From the NCBI GenBank assembly GCA_964016885.1, contig OZ024740.1:32364001-32428000 (forward strand): a stretch of DNA of 64,000 nucleotides, written 5' to 3'. A program made the translations under genes and the position numbers. The notes beneath the pieces were generated by a model. That model had not been told where the DNA came from and ran no database searches. It saw only the letters and a program-made list of their open reading frames with translations. Shown here in pieces: positions 15,001-31,100 of this stretch (position 1 is its first letter; each line of letters begins with the position of its first letter). This DNA comes from Eledone cirrhosa. Taxonomy: Eukaryota.

Positions 15001-18000
15001 AGTAAACTTGTTTATTAGTGCTATAATGGACATATGAACACCTAGTAAAGTTGTTTATTATTGATATAATAGACATATGTAGACATAGTAAGGTTGTTTA
15101 ATAGTGCTATAATAGACATATGAAGACAGTAAAGTTGTTTATTAGTGATATAATAGACATGTGAAGAAATAGTAAAGTTGTTTATTAGTGATATAATAGA
15201 CATATGAAGACATAGTAAAGTTGTGTTTATTAGTGATATAATAGACATATGAACACATAGTAAAGTTGTTTATTAGTGCTATAATAGACATATGAAGACA
15301 TAGTAAAGTTGTTTATTAGTGATATAATAGTTATAGGAAGACATAGTAAAGTTGTTTATTAGTGCTATAATAGATATATGAAGACATAGTAAAGTTGTGT
15401 TTATTAGTGCTATAATAGACATATGAAGACAGTAAAGTTGTGTTTATTAGTGATATAATAGACATGAAGACATAGTAAAGTTGTTTATTAGTGATATAAT
15501 AGACATATGAAGACATAGTAAAGTTGTTTATTAGTGATATAATAGACATATGAAGAATGTAAAGTTGTTTATTAGTGATATAATAGACATATGAAGACAT
15601 AGTAAAGTTGTTTATTAGTGATATAATAGACATATGAAGACTTAGTAAAGTTGTGTTTATTAGTGATATAATAGACATATGAACACAGTAAAGTTGTTTA
15701 TTAGTGATATAATAGACATATGAAGACATAGTAAAGTTGTTTATTAGTGATATAATAGTTATAGGAAGACATAGGACAGTTGTTTATTAGTGATATAATA
15801 GTTATAGGAAGACATAGTAAAGTTGTTTATTAGTGATATAATAGACATATGAAGACATAGTAAAGTTGTTTATTAGTGCTATAATAGATATAGGAACACA
15901 TAGTAAAGTTGTTTATTAGTGTTGTAATAGACATATGAAGACATAGTAAAGTTCTTTATTAGTGCTATAATAGACATATGAAGACGTAGTAAAGTTGTGT
16001 TTATTAGTGTTATAATAGACATATGAAGATATAGTAAAGTTGTTTATTAGTGCTATAATAGACATATGAAGACATAGTAAAGTTGTTTATTAGTGCTATA
16101 ATAGACATATGAAGACATAGTAAAGTTGTTTATTAGTGATATAATAGACATATGAAGACATAGTAAAGTTGTGTTTATTAATGATATAATAGACATATGA
16201 AGACATAGTAAAGTTGTTTATTAGTGATATAATAGACATATGAAGACATAGTAAAGTTGTTTATTAGTGATATAATAGATATAGGAAGACATAGTAAAGT
16301 TGTTTATTAGTGATATAATAGACATATGAAGACATAGTAAAGTTGTTTATTAGTGATATAATAGACATATGAAGACATAGTAAAGTTGTTTATTAGTGAT
16401 ATAATAGGTATAGGAAGACATAGTAAAGTTGTTTATTAGTGATATAATAGACATATGAAGACGTAGTAAAGTTGTGTTTATTAATGATATAATAGACATA
16501 TGAAGACATAGTAAAGTTGTTTATTAGTGCTATAATAGACATATGAACAGATAGTAAACTTGTTTATTAATGCTATAATGGACATATGAACACCTAGTAA
16601 AGTTGTTTATTATTGATATAATAGACATATGTAGACATAGTAAGGTTGTTTATTAGTGCTATAACAGACATATGAAGACATAGTAAAGTTGTGTTTATTA
16701 GTGATATAATAGACATATGAAGACGTAGTAAAGTTGTTTATTTGTGATATAATAGACATATGTGAGCCATGGTAAAGTTGTTTATTAGTGATATAATAGA
16801 CATGAAGACATAGTAAAGTTGTTTATTAGTGATATGATAGATATAGGAAGACATAGTAAAGTTGTTTATTAGTGTTATAATAGACATATGAAGACGTAGT
16901 AAAGTTGTGTTTATTAGTGATATAATAGACATATGAAGACATAGTAAAGTTGTTTATTAGTGATATAATAGACATATGAAGACATAGTAAAGTTGTTTAT
17001 TAGTGTTATAATAGATATAGGAAGACATAGTAAAGTTGTTTATTAGTGCTATAATAGACATATTAGTGATATAATAGACATATAAATACACAGTAAAGTT
17101 GTTTATTAGTGCTATAATAGACATATGAAGACATAGTAAAGTTGTTTATTACTGATATAATAGACATGTGAAGACATAGTAAAGTTGTTTATTAGTGTTA
17201 TAATAGACATATGAAGACATAGTAAAGTTGTTTATTAGTGATATAATAGACATATGAAGACATAGTAAAGTTGTTTATTAGTGATATAATAGACATGTGA
17301 AGACATAGTAAAGTTGTTTATTAGTGATACAATAGACATGTGAAGACATAGTAAAGTTGTTAATTTATGCTATAATAGACACATGAAGACATAGTGAAGT
17401 TGTTTATTAGTGATATAATATATATTGGAAGACATAGGAAAGTTGTTTATTAGTGTTATAATAGACATATGAAGACATAGTAAAGTTGTGTTTATTAGTG
17501 ATATAATAGACATATGAAGACAGTAAAGTTGTTTATTAGTGCTATAATAGATATATGAAGACATAGTAAAGTTGTTTATTAGTGATATAATAGACATGAA
17601 GACATAGTAAAGTTGTGTTTATTAGTGATATAATAGATATATGAAGACAGTAAAGTTGTTTATTAGTAATATAATAGACATATGAACACATAGTAAAGTT
17701 GTTTATTAGTGATATAATATATATAGGAAGACATAGTAAAGTTGTTTATTAGTGATATAATAGACATATGAAGACATAGTAAAGTTGTGTTTATTAGTGT
17801 TATAATAGACATATGAAGACATAGTAAAGTTGTTTATTAGTGCTATAATAGACATATGAAGACTGAGTAAAGTTGTGTTTATTAGTGATATAATAGACAT
17901 GAATACACAGTAAAGTTGTTTATTAGTGCTATAATAGACATATGAAGACATAGTAAAGGTGTTTATTACTGATATAATAGACATGTGAAGACATAGTAAA

Positions 18001-19114
18001 GTTGTTTATTAGTGTTATAATAGACATATGAAGACATAGTAAAGTTGTTTATTAGTGATATAATAGACATGTGAAGACATAGTAACGTTGTTTATTAGTG
18101 ATATAATAGACATATGAAGAGGTAGTAAAGTTGTTTATTAGTGTTATAATAGACATGTGAAGAGGTAGTAAAGTTGTGTTTATTAGTTTTATAATAGACA
18201 TATGAACACTTAGTAAAGTTGTTTATTAGTGATATAATAGATATATGAAGACATAGTAAAGTTGTTTATTAGTGCTATAATAGACATATGAAGACATAGT
18301 AAAGTTGTTTATTAGTGATATAATAGACATATGAAGACATAGTAAAGTTGTTTATTAGTGCTATAATAGACATATGAAGACATAGTAAAGTTGTTTATTA
18401 GTGATATAATAGACATATGAAGACATAGTAAAGTTGTGTTTATTAGTGATATAATAGACATGAAGACAGTAAAGTTGTTTATTAGTGATATAATAGACAT
18501 ATGAAGACATAGTAAAGTTGTTTATTAGTGCTATAATAGACATATGAAGACGCAAAGTTGTTTATTAGTGATATAATAGACATATGAAGACATAGTAAAG
18601 TTGTTTATTAGTGATATAATAGATATATGAAGACATAGTAAAGTTGTTTATTAGTGCTATAATAGACATATGAAGAGGTAGTAAAGTTGTGTTTATTAGT
18701 GTTATAATAGACATATGAAGACGTAGTAAAGTTGTTTATTAGTGCTATAATAGACATATGAAGACATAGTAAAGTTGTTTATTAGTGCTATAATAGACAT
18801 ATGAAGACATAGTAAAGTTGTTTATTAGTGCTATAATAGATATATGAAGACATAGTAAAGTTGTTTATTAGTGCTATAATAGACATATGAAGACATAGTA
18901 AAGTTGTTTATTAGTGATATAATAGACATATGAAGACATAGTAAAGTTGTTTATTAGTGCTATAATAGACATATGAAGACATAGTAAAGTTGTTTATTAG
19001 TGCTATAATAGACATATGAAGACATAGTAAAGTTGTTTATTAGTGCTATAATAGATATATGAAGACATAGTAAAGTTGTTTATTAGTGCTATAATAGACA
19101 TATGAAGACATAGT

Positions 19115-19159
19115 CTAACCCATGCTAGCGTGGAAGATGGACATTAAACGAAGATGATG
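19115..19159 (+). mobile_element. 45-bp RTE-type retroposon 3' tail inserted in a satellite monomer (representative copy; others start at 4096, 9760, 19777, 25402, 26064, 29598, 30260, 32444, 34540, 35202, 36169, 36831, 40577, 41239)
   Basis: CTAACCCATGCTAGCGTGGAAGATGGAC(A/G)TTAAACGAAGATGATG flanked by a 15-bp duplication ATATGAAGACATAGT (19100-19114 and 19160-19174). Similar to the RTE 3' end at 48098-48156 and to tails at 48226-48278 and 50529-50573. Confidence 0.85.
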
Positions 19160-22100
19160 ATATGAAGACATAGTAAAGTTGTGTTTATTAGTGATATAAT
19201 AGACATATGAAGACAGTAAAGTTGTTTATTAGTGATATAATAGACATATGAACACATAGTAAAGTTGTGTTTATTAGTGATATAATAGACATATGGAGTC
19301 GTAGTAAAGTTGTTTATTAGTGATATAATAGACATATGAACACATATTAAAGTTGTTTATTAGTGATATTATAGATATAGGAAGACATTGTAAAGTTGTT
19401 TATTAGTGTTATAATAGACATATGAACACATAGTAAAGTTGTTTATTAGTGCTATAATAGATATAGGAAGACATAGTAAAGTTGTTTATTAGTGATATAA
19501 TAGACATGAAGACGTAGTAAAGTTGTTTATTAGTGATATAATAGACATATGAAGACATAGTAAAGTTGTTTATTAATGATATAATAGACATATGAAGACA
19601 TAGTAAAGTTGTTTATTAGTGATATAATAGACATATGAAGACATAGTAAAGTTGTTTATTAGTGATATAATAGATATAGGAAGACATAGTAAAGTTGTTT
19701 ATTAGTGATATAATAGACATATGAAGACATAGTAACATTGTTTATTAGTGCTATAATAGACATATGAAGACATAGTCTAACCCATGCTAGCGTGGAAGAT
19801 GGACGTTAAACGAAGATGATGATATGAAGACATAGTAAAGTTGTGTTTATTAGTGATATAATAGACATATGAAGACATAGTAAAGTTGTGTCTATTCGTG
19901 ATATAATAGACATATGAAGACGTAGTAAAGTTGTTTATTAGTGATATAATAGACATATGAAGCCGTAAAGTTGTTTATTAGTGATATAATAGACATATGA
20001 AAGACGTAGTAAAGTTGTTTATTAGTGATATAATAGACATATGAAGACATAGTAAAGTTGTTTATTAGTGATATAATAGACATATGAAGACATAGTAAAG
20101 TTGTTTATTAGTGATATAATAGATATAGGAAGACATAGTAAAGTTGTTTATTAGTGATATAATAGACATGAAGACGTAGTAAAGTTGTTTATTAGTGATA
20201 TAATAGACATATGAAGACATAGTAAAGTTGTGTTTATTAGTTTTATAATAGACATATGAAGACATAGTAAAGTTGTTTATTATTGATATAATAGACATAT
20301 GAAGACATAGTAAAGTTGTTTATTAGTGATATAATAGACATATGAACACATAGTACAGTTGTTTATTAGTGTTATAATAGATATAGGAAGACATAGTAAA
20401 GTTGTTTATTAGTGCTATAATAGACATATTAGTGATATAATAGACATATGAATACACAGTAAAGTTGTTTATTAGTGCTATAATAGACATATGAAGACAT
20501 AGTAAAGTTGTTTATTACTGATATAATAGACATGTGAAGACATAGTAAAGTTGTTTATTAGTGTTATAATAGACATATGAAGACATAGTAAAGTTGTTTA
20601 TTAGTGATATAATAGACATATGAAGACATAGTAAAGTTGTTTATTAGTGATATAATAGACATGTGAAGACATAGTAAAGTTGTTTATTAGTGATACAATA
20701 GACATGTGAAGACATAGTAAAGTTGTTAATTTATGCTATAATAGACACATGAAGACATAGTGAAGTTGTTTATTAGTGATATAATATATATTGGAAGACA
20801 TAGGAAAGTTGTTTATTAGTGTTATAATAGACATATGAAGACATAGTAAAGTTGTGTTTATTAGTGATATAATAGACATATGAAGACAGTAAAGTTGTTT
20901 ATTAGTGCTATAATAGATATATGAAGACATAGTAAAGGTGTTTATTACTGATATAATAGACATGTGAAGACATAGTAAAGTTGTTTATTAGTGTTATAAT
21001 AGACATATGAAGACATAGTAAAGTTGTTTATTAGTGATATAATAGACATGTGAAGACATAGTAACGTTGTTTATTAGTGATATAATAGACATATGAAGAG
21101 GTAGTAAAGTTGTTTATTACTGATATAATAGACATATGAAGACATAGTAAAGTTGTTTATTAGTGATATAGTAGACATATGAAGACATAGTAAAGTTGTT
21201 TATTAGTGCTATAATAGACATATGAAGACATAGTAAAGTTGTTTATTAGTGATATAATAGACATATGAAGACATAGTAAAGTTGTGTTTATTAGTGATAT
21301 AATAGACATGAAGACAGTAAAGTTGTTTATTAGTGATATAATAGACATATGAAGACATAGTAAAGTTGTTTATTAGTGCTATAATAGACATATGAAGACG
21401 CAAAGTTGTTTATTAGTGATATAATAGACATATGAAGACATAGTAAAGTTGTTTATTAGTGATATAATAGATATAGGAAGACATAGTAAAGTTGTTTATT
21501 AGTGATATAATAGACATGAAGACGTAGTAAAGTTGTTTATTAGTGATATAATAGACATATGAAGACATAGTAAAGTTGTGTTTATTAGTTTTATAATAGA
21601 CATATGAAGACATAGTAAAGTTGTTTATTATTGATATAATAGACATATGAAGACATAGTAAAGTTGTTTATTGGTGATATAATAGACATATGAACACATA
21701 GTACAGTTGTTTATTAGTGTTATAATAGATATAGGAAGACATAGTAAAGTTGTTTATTAGTGCTATAATAGACATATTAGTGATATAATAGACATATGAA
21801 TACACAGTAAAGTTGTTTATTAGTGCTATAATAGACATATGAAGACATAGTAAAGTTGTTTATTACTGATATAATAGACATGTGAAGACATAGTAAAGTT
21901 GTTTATTAGTGTTATAATAGACATATGAAGACATAGTAAAGTTGTTTATTAGTGATATAATAGACATATGAAGACATAGTAAAGTTGTTTATTAGTGATA
22001 TAATAGACATGTGAAGACATAGTAAAGTTGTTTATTAGTGATACAATAGACATGTGAAGACATAGTAAAGTTGTTAATTTATGCTATAATAGACACATGA

Positions 22101-25100
22101 AGACATAGTGAAGTTGTTTATTAGTGATATAATATATATTGGAAGACATAGGAAAGTTGTTTATTAGTGTTATAATAGACATATGAAGACATAGTAAAGT
22201 TGTGTTTATTAGTGATATAATAGACATATGAAGACAGTAAAGTTGTTTATTAGTGCTATAATAGATATATGAAGACATAGTAAAGGTGTTTATTACTGAT
22301 ATAATAGACATGTGAAGACATAGTAAAGTTGTTTATTAGTGTTATAATAGACATATGAAGACATAGTAAAGTTGTTTATTAGTGATATAATAGACATGTG
22401 AAGACATAGTAACGTTGTTTATTAGTGATATAATAGACATATGAAGAGGTAGTAAAGTTGTTTATTACTGATATAATAGACATATGAAGACATAGTAAAG
22501 TTGTTTATTAGTGATATAATAGACATATGAAGACATAGTAAAGTTGTTTATTAGTGATATAATAGATATAGGAAGACATAGTAAAGTTGTTTATTAGTGA
22601 TATAATAGACATATGAAGACATAGTAAAGTTGTTTATTAGTGATATAATAGACATATGAAGACATAGTAAAGTTGTTTATTAGTGATATAATAGGTATAG
22701 GAAGACATAGTAAAGTTGTTTATTAGTGATATAATAGACATATGAAGACGTAGTAAAGTTGTGTTTATTAATGATATAATAGACATATGAAGACATAGTA
22801 AAGTTGTTTATTAGTGCTATAATAGACATATGAACAGATAGTAAACTTGTTTATTAATGCTATAATGGACATATGAACACCTAGTAAAGTTGTTTATTAT
22901 TGATATAATAGACATATGTAGACATAGTAAGGTTGTTTATTAGTGCTATAACAGACATATGAAGACATAGTAAAGTTGTGTTTATTAGTGATATAATAGA
23001 CATATGAAGACGTAGTAAAGTTGTTTATTTGTGATATAATAGACATATGTGAGCCATGGTAAAGTTGTTTATTAGTGATATAATAGACATGAAGACATAG
23101 TAAAGTTGTTTATTAGTGATATGATAGATATAGGAAGACATAGTAAAGTTGTTTATTAGTGTTATAATAGACATATGAAGACGTAGTAAAGTTGTGTTTA
23201 TTAGTGATATAATAGACATATGAAGACATAGTAAAGTTGTTTATTAGTGATATAATAGACATATGAAGACATAGTAAAGTTGTTTATTAGTGTTATAATA
23301 GATATAGGAAGACATAGTAAAGTTGTTTATTAGTGCTATAATAGACATATTAGTGATATAATAGACATATAAATACACAGTAAAGTTGTTTATTAGTGCT
23401 ATAATAGACATATGAAGACATAGTAAAGTTGTTTATTACTGATATAATAGACATGTGAAGACATAGTAAAGTTGTTTATTAGTGTTATAATAGACATATG
23501 AAGACATAGTAAAGTTGTTTATTAGTGATATAATAGACATATGAAGACATAGTAAAGTTGTTTATTAGTGATATAATAGACATGTGAAGACATAGTAAAG
23601 TTGTTTATTAGTGATACAATAGACATGTGAAGACATAGTAAAGTTGTTAATTTATGCTATAATAGACACATGAAGACATAGTGAAGTTGTTTATTAGTGA
23701 TATAATATATATTGGAAGACATAGGAAAGTTGTTTATTAGTGTTATAATAGACATATGAAGACATAGTAAAGTTGTGTTTATTAGTGATATAATAGACAT
23801 ATGAAGACAGTAAAGTTGTTTATTAGTGCTATAATAGATATATGAAGACATAGTAAAGTTGTTTATTAGTGATATAATAGACATGAAGACATAGTAAAGT
23901 TGTGTTTATTAGTGATATAATAGATATATGAAGACAGTAAAGTTGTTTATTAGTAATATAATAGACATATGAACACATAGTAAAGTTGTTTATTAGTGAT
24001 ATAATATATATAGGAAGACATAGTAAAGTTGTTTATTAGTGATATAATAGACATATGAAGACATAGTAAAGTTGTGTTTATTAGTGTTATAATAGACATA
24101 TGAAGACATAGTAAAGTTGTTTATTAGTGCTATAATAGACATATGAAGACTGAGTAAAGTTGTGTTTATTAGTGATATAATAGACATGAATACACAGTAA
24201 AGTTGTTTATTAGTGCTATAATAGACATATGAAGACATAGTAAAGGTGTTTATTACTGATATAATAGACATGTGAAGACATAGTAAAGTTGTTTATTAGT
24301 GTTATAATAGACATATGAAGACATAGTAAAGTTGTTTATTAGTGATATAATAGACATGTGAAGACATAGTAACGTTGTTTATTAGTGATATAATAGACAT
24401 ATGAAGAGGTAGTAAAGTTGTTTATTAGTGTTATAATAGACATGTGAAGAGGTAGTAAAGTTGTGTTTATTAGTTTTATAATAGACATATGAACACTTAG
24501 TAAAGTTGTTTATTAGTGATATAATAGATATATGAAGACATAGTAAAGTTGTTTATTAGTGCTATAATAGACATATGAAGACATAGTAAAGTTGTTTATT
24601 AGTGATATAATAGACATATGAAGACATAGTAAAGTTGTTTATTAGTGCTATAATAGACATATGAAGACATAGTAAAGTTGTTTATTAGTGATATAATAGA
24701 CATATGAAGACATAGTAAAGTTGTGTTTATTAGTGATATAATAGACATGAAGACAGTAAAGTTGTTTATTAGTGATATAATAGACATATGAAGACATAGT
24801 AAAGTTGTTTATTAGTGCTATAATAGACATATGAAGACGCAAAGTTGTTTATTAGTGATATAATAGACATATGAAGACATAGTAAAGTTGTTTATTAGTG
24901 ATATAATAGATATATGAAGACATAGTAAAGTTGTTTATTAGTGCTATAATAGACATATGAAGAGGTAGTAAAGTTGTGTTTATTAGTGTTATAATAGACA
25001 TATGAAGACGTAGTAAAGTTGTTTATTAGTGCTATAATAGACATATGAAGACATAGTAAAGTTGTTTATTAGTGCTATAATAGACATATGAAGACATAGT

Positions 25101-28100
25101 AAAGTTGTTTATTAATGCTATAATAGATATATGAAGACATAGTAAAGTTGTTTATTAGTGCTATAATAGACATATGAAGACATAGTAAAGTTGTTTATTA
25201 GTGATATAATAGACATATGAAGACATAGTAAAGTTGTTTATTAGTGCTATAATAGACATATGAAGACATAGTAAAGTTGTTTATTAGTGCTATAATAGAC
25301 ATATGAAGACATAGTAAAGTTGTTTATTAGTGCTATAATAGATATATGAAGACATAGTAAAGTTGTTTATTAGTGCTATAATAGACATATGAAGACATAG
25401 TCTAACCCATGCTAGCGTGGAAGATGGACGTTAAACGAAGATGATGATATGAAGACATAGTAAAGTTGTGTTTATTAGTGATATAATAGACATATGAAGA
25501 CAGTAAAGTTGTTTATTAGTGATATAATAGACATATGAACACATAGTAAAGTTGTGTTTATTAGTGATATAATAGACATATGGAGTCGTAGTAAAGTTGT
25601 TTATTAGTGATATAATAGACATATGAACACATATTAAAGTTGTTTATTAGTGATATTATAGATATAGGAAGACATTGTAAAGTTGTTTATTAGTGTTATA
25701 ATAGACATATGAACACATAGTAAAGTTGTTTATTAGTGCTATAATAGATATAGGAAGACATAGTAAAGTTGTTTATTAGTGATATAATAGACATGAAGAC
25801 GTAGTAAAGTTGTTTATTAGTGATATAATAGACATATGAAGACATAGTAAAGTTGTTTATTAATGATATAATAGACATATGAAGACATAGTAAAGTTGTT
25901 TATTAGTGATATAATAGACATATGAAGACATAGTAAAGTTGTTTATTAGTGATATAATAGATATAGGAAGACATAGTAAAGTTGTTTATTAGTGATATAA
26001 TAGACATATGAAGACATAGTAACATTGTTTATTAGTGCTATAATAGACATATGAAGACATAGTCTAACCCATGCTAGCGTGGAAGATGGACGTTAAACGA
26101 AGATGATGATATGAAGACATAGTAAAGTTGTGTTTATTAGTGATATAATAGACATATGAAGACATAGTAAAGTTGTGTCTATTCGTGATATAATAGACAT
26201 ATGAAGACGTAGTAAAGTTGTTTATTAGTGATATAATAGACATATGAAGCCGTAAAGTTGTTTATTAGTGATATAATAGACATATGAAAGACGTAGTAAA
26301 GTTGTTTATTAGTGATATAATAGACATATGAAGACATAGTAAAGTTGTTTATTAGTGATATAATAGACATATGAAGACATAGTAAAGTTGTTTATTAGTG
26401 ATATAATAGATATAGGAAGACATAGTAAAGTTGTTTATTAGTGATATAATAGACATGAAGACGTAGTAAAGTTGTTTATTAGTGATATAATAGACATATG
26501 AAGACATAGTAAAGTTGTGTTTATTAGTTTTATAATAGACATATGAAGACATAGTAAAGTTGTTTATTATTGATATAATAGACATATGAAGACATAGTAA
26601 AGTTGTTTATTAGTGATATAATAGACATATGAACACATAGTACAGTTGTTTATTAGTGTTATAATAGATATAGGAAGACATAGTAAAGTTGTTTATTAGT
26701 GCTATAATAGACATATTAGTGATATAATAGACATATGAATACACAGTAAAGTTGTTTATTAGTGCTATAATAGACATATGAAGACATAGTAAAGTTGTTT
26801 ATTACTGATATAATAGACATGTGAAGACATAGTAAAGTTGTTTATTAGTGTTATAATAGACATATGAAGACATAGTAAAGTTGTTTATTAGTGATATAAT
26901 AGACATATGAAGACATAGTAAAGTTGTTTATTAGTGATATAATAGACATGTGAAGACATAGTAAAGTTGTTTATTAGTGATACAATAGACATGTGAAGAC
27001 ATAGTAAAGTTGTTAATTTATGCTATAATAGACACATGAAGACATAGTGAAGTTGTTTATTAGTGATATAATATATATTGGAAGACATAGGAAAGTTGTT
27101 TATTAGTGTTATAATAGACATATGAAGACATAGTAAAGTTGTGTTTATTAGTGATATAATAGACATATGAAGACAGTAAAGTTGTTTATTAGTGCTATAA
27201 TAGATATATGAAGACATAGTAAAGGTGTTTATTACTGATATAATAGACATGTGAAGACATAGTAAAGTTGTTTATTAGTGTTATAATAGACATATGAAGA
27301 CATAGTAAAGTTGTTTATTAGTGATATAATAGACATGTGAAGACATAGTAACGTTGTTTATTAGTGATATAATAGACATATGAAGAGGTAGTAAAGTTGT
27401 TTATTACTGATATAATAGACATATGAAGACATAGTAAAGTTGTTTATTAGTGATATAGTAGACATATGAAGACATAGTAAAGTTGTTTATTAGTGCTATA
27501 ATAGACATATGAAGACATAGTAAAGTTGTTTATTAGTGATATAATAGACATATGAAGACATAGTAAAGTTGTGTTTATTAGTGATATAATAGACATGAAG
27601 ACAGTAAAGTTGTTTATTAGTGATATAATAGACATATGAAGACATAGTAAAGTTGTTTATTAGTGCTATAATAGACATATGAAGACGCAAAGTTGTTTAT
27701 TAGTGATATAATAGACATATGAAGACATAGTAAAGTTGTTTATTAGTGATATAATAGATATAGGAAGACATAGTAAAGTTGTTTATTAGTGATATAATAG
27801 ACATGAAGACGTAGTAAAGTTGTTTATTAGTGATATAATAGACATATGAAGACATAGTAAAGTTGTGTTTATTAGTTTTATAATAGACATATGAAGACAT
27901 AGTAAAGTTGTTTATTATTGATATAATAGACATATGAAGACATAGTAAAGTTGTTTATTAGTGATATAATAGACATATGAACACATAGTACAGTTGTTTA
28001 TTAGTGTTATAATAGATATAGGAAGACATAGTAAAGTTGTTTATTAGTGCTATAATAGACATATTAGTGATATAATAGACATATGAATACACAGTAAAGT

Positions 28101-31100
28101 TGTTTATTAGTGCTATAATAGACATATGAAGACATAGTAAAGTTGTTTATTACTGATATAATAGACATGTGAAGACATAGTAAAGTTGTTTATTAGTGTT
28201 ATAATAGACATATGAAGACATAGTAAAGTTGTTTATTAGTGATATAATAGACATATGAAGACATAGTAAAGTTGTTTATTAGTGATATAATAGACATGTG
28301 AAGACATAGTAAAGTTGTTTATTAGTGATACAATAGACATGTGAAGACATAGTAAAGTTGTTAATTTATGCTATAATAGACACATGAAGACATAGTGAAG
28401 TTGTTTATTAGTGATATAATATATATTGGAAGACATAGGAAAGTTGTTTATTAGTGTTATAATAGACATATGAAGACATAGTAAAGTTGTGTTTATTAGT
28501 GATATAATAGACATATGAAGACAGTAAAGTTGTTTATTAGTGCTATAATAGATATATGAAGACATAGTAAAGGTGTTTATTACTGATATAATAGACATGT
28601 GAAGACATAGTAAAGTTGTTTATTAGTGTTATAATAGACATATGAAGACATAGTAAAGTTGTTTATTAGTGATATAATAGACATGTGAAGACATAGTAAC
28701 GTTGTTTATTAGTGATATAATAGACATATGAAGAGGTAGTAAAGTTGTTTATTACTGATATAATAGACATATGAAGACATAGTAAAGTTGTTTATTAGTG
28801 ATATAATAGACATATGAAGACATAGTAAAGTTGTTTATTAGTGCTATAATAGACATATGAAGACATAGTAAAGTTGTTTATTAGTGATATAATAGACATA
28901 TGAAGACATAGTAAAGTTGTGTTTATTAGTGATATAATAGACATGAAGACAGTAAAGTTGTTTATTAGTGATATAATAGACATATGAAGACATAGTAAAG
29001 TTGTTTATTAGTGCTATAATAGACATATGAAGACGCAAAGTTGTTTATTAGTGATATAATAGACATATGAAGACATAGTAAAGTTGTTTATTAGTGATAT
29101 AATAGATATATGAAGACATAGTAAAGTTGTTTATTAGTGCTATAATAGACATATGAAGAGGTAGTAAAGTTGTGTTTATTAGTGTTATAATAGACATATG
29201 AAGACGTAGTAAAGTTGTTTATTAGTGCTATAATAGACATATGAAGACATAGTAAAGTTGTTTATTAGTGCTATAATAGACATATGAAGACATAGTAAAG
29301 TTGTTTATTAGTGCTATAATAGATATATGAAGACATAGTAAAGTTGTTTATTAGTGCTATAATAGACATATGAAGACATAGTAAAGTTGTTTATTAGTGA
29401 TATAATAGACATATGAAGACATAGTAAAGTTGTTTATTAGTGCTATAATAGACATATGAAGACATAGTAAAGTTGTTTATTAGTGCTATAATAGACATAT
29501 GAAGACATAGTAAAGTTGTTTATTAGTGCTATAATAGATATATGAAGACATAGTAAAGTTGTTTATTAGTGCTATAATAGACATATGAAGACATAGTCTA
29601 ACCCATGCTAGCGTGGAAGATGGACGTTAAACGAAGATGATGATATGAAGACATAGTAAAGTTGTGTTTATTAGTGATATAATAGACATATGAAGACAGT
29701 AAAGTTGTTTATTAGTGATATAATAGACATATGAACACATAGTAAAGTTGTGTTTATTAGTGATATAATAGACATATGGAGTCGTAGTAAAGTTGTTTAT
29801 TAGTGATATAATAGACATATGAACACATAGTAAAGTTGTTTATTAGTGATATTATAGATATAGGAAGACATTGTAAAGTTGTTTATTAGTGTTATAATAG
29901 ACATATGAACACATAGTAAAGTTGTTTATTAGTGCTATAATAGATATAGGAAGACATAGTAAAGTTGTTTATTAGTGATATAATAGACATGAAGACGTAG
30001 TAAAGTTGTTTATTAGTGATATAATAGACATATGAAGACATAGTAAAGTTGTTTATTAATGATATAATAGACATATGAAGACATAGTAAAGTTGTTTATT
30101 AGTGATATAATAGACATATGAAGACATAGTAAAGTTGTTTATTAGTGATATAATAGATATAGGAAGACATAGTAAAGTTGTTTATTAGTGATATAATAGA
30201 CATATGAAGACATAGTAACATTGTTTATTAGTGCTATAATAGACATATGAAGACATAGTCTAACCCATGCTAGCGTGGAAGATGGACGTTAAACGAAGAT
30301 GATGATATGAAGACATAGTAAAGTTGTGTTTATTAGTGATATAATAGACATATGAAGACATAGTAAAGTTGTGTCTATTAGTGATATAATAGACATATGA
30401 AGACGTAGTAAAGTTGTTTATTAGTGATATAATAGACATATGAAGCCGTAAAGTTGTTTATTAGTGATATAATAGACATATGAAAGACGTAGTAAAGTTG
30501 TTTATTAGTGATATAATAGACATATGAAGACATAGTAAAGTTGTTTATTAGTGATATAATAGACATATGAAGACATAGTAAAGTTGTTTATTAGTGATAT
30601 AATGGATATAGGAAGACATAGTAAAGTTGTTTATTAGTGATATAATAGACATGAAGACGTAGTAAAGTTGTTTATTAGTGATATAATAGACATATGAAGA
30701 CATAGTAAAGTTGTGTTTATTAGTTTTATAATAGACATATGAAGACATAGTAAAGTTGTTTATTATTGATATAATAGACATATGAAGACATAGTAAAGTT
30801 GTTTATTAGTGATATAATAGACATATGAACACATAGTACAGTTGTTTATTAGTGTTATAATAGATATAGGAAGACATAGTAAAGTTGTTTATTAGTGCTA
30901 TAATAGACATATTAGTGATATAATAGACATATGAATACACAGTAAAGTTGTTTATTAGTGCTATAATAGACATATGAAGACATAGTAAAGTTGTTTATTA
31001 CTGATATAATAGACATGTGAAGACATAGTAAAGTTGTTTATTAGTGTTATAATAGACATATGAAGACATAGTAAAGTTGTTTATTAGTGATATAATAGAC

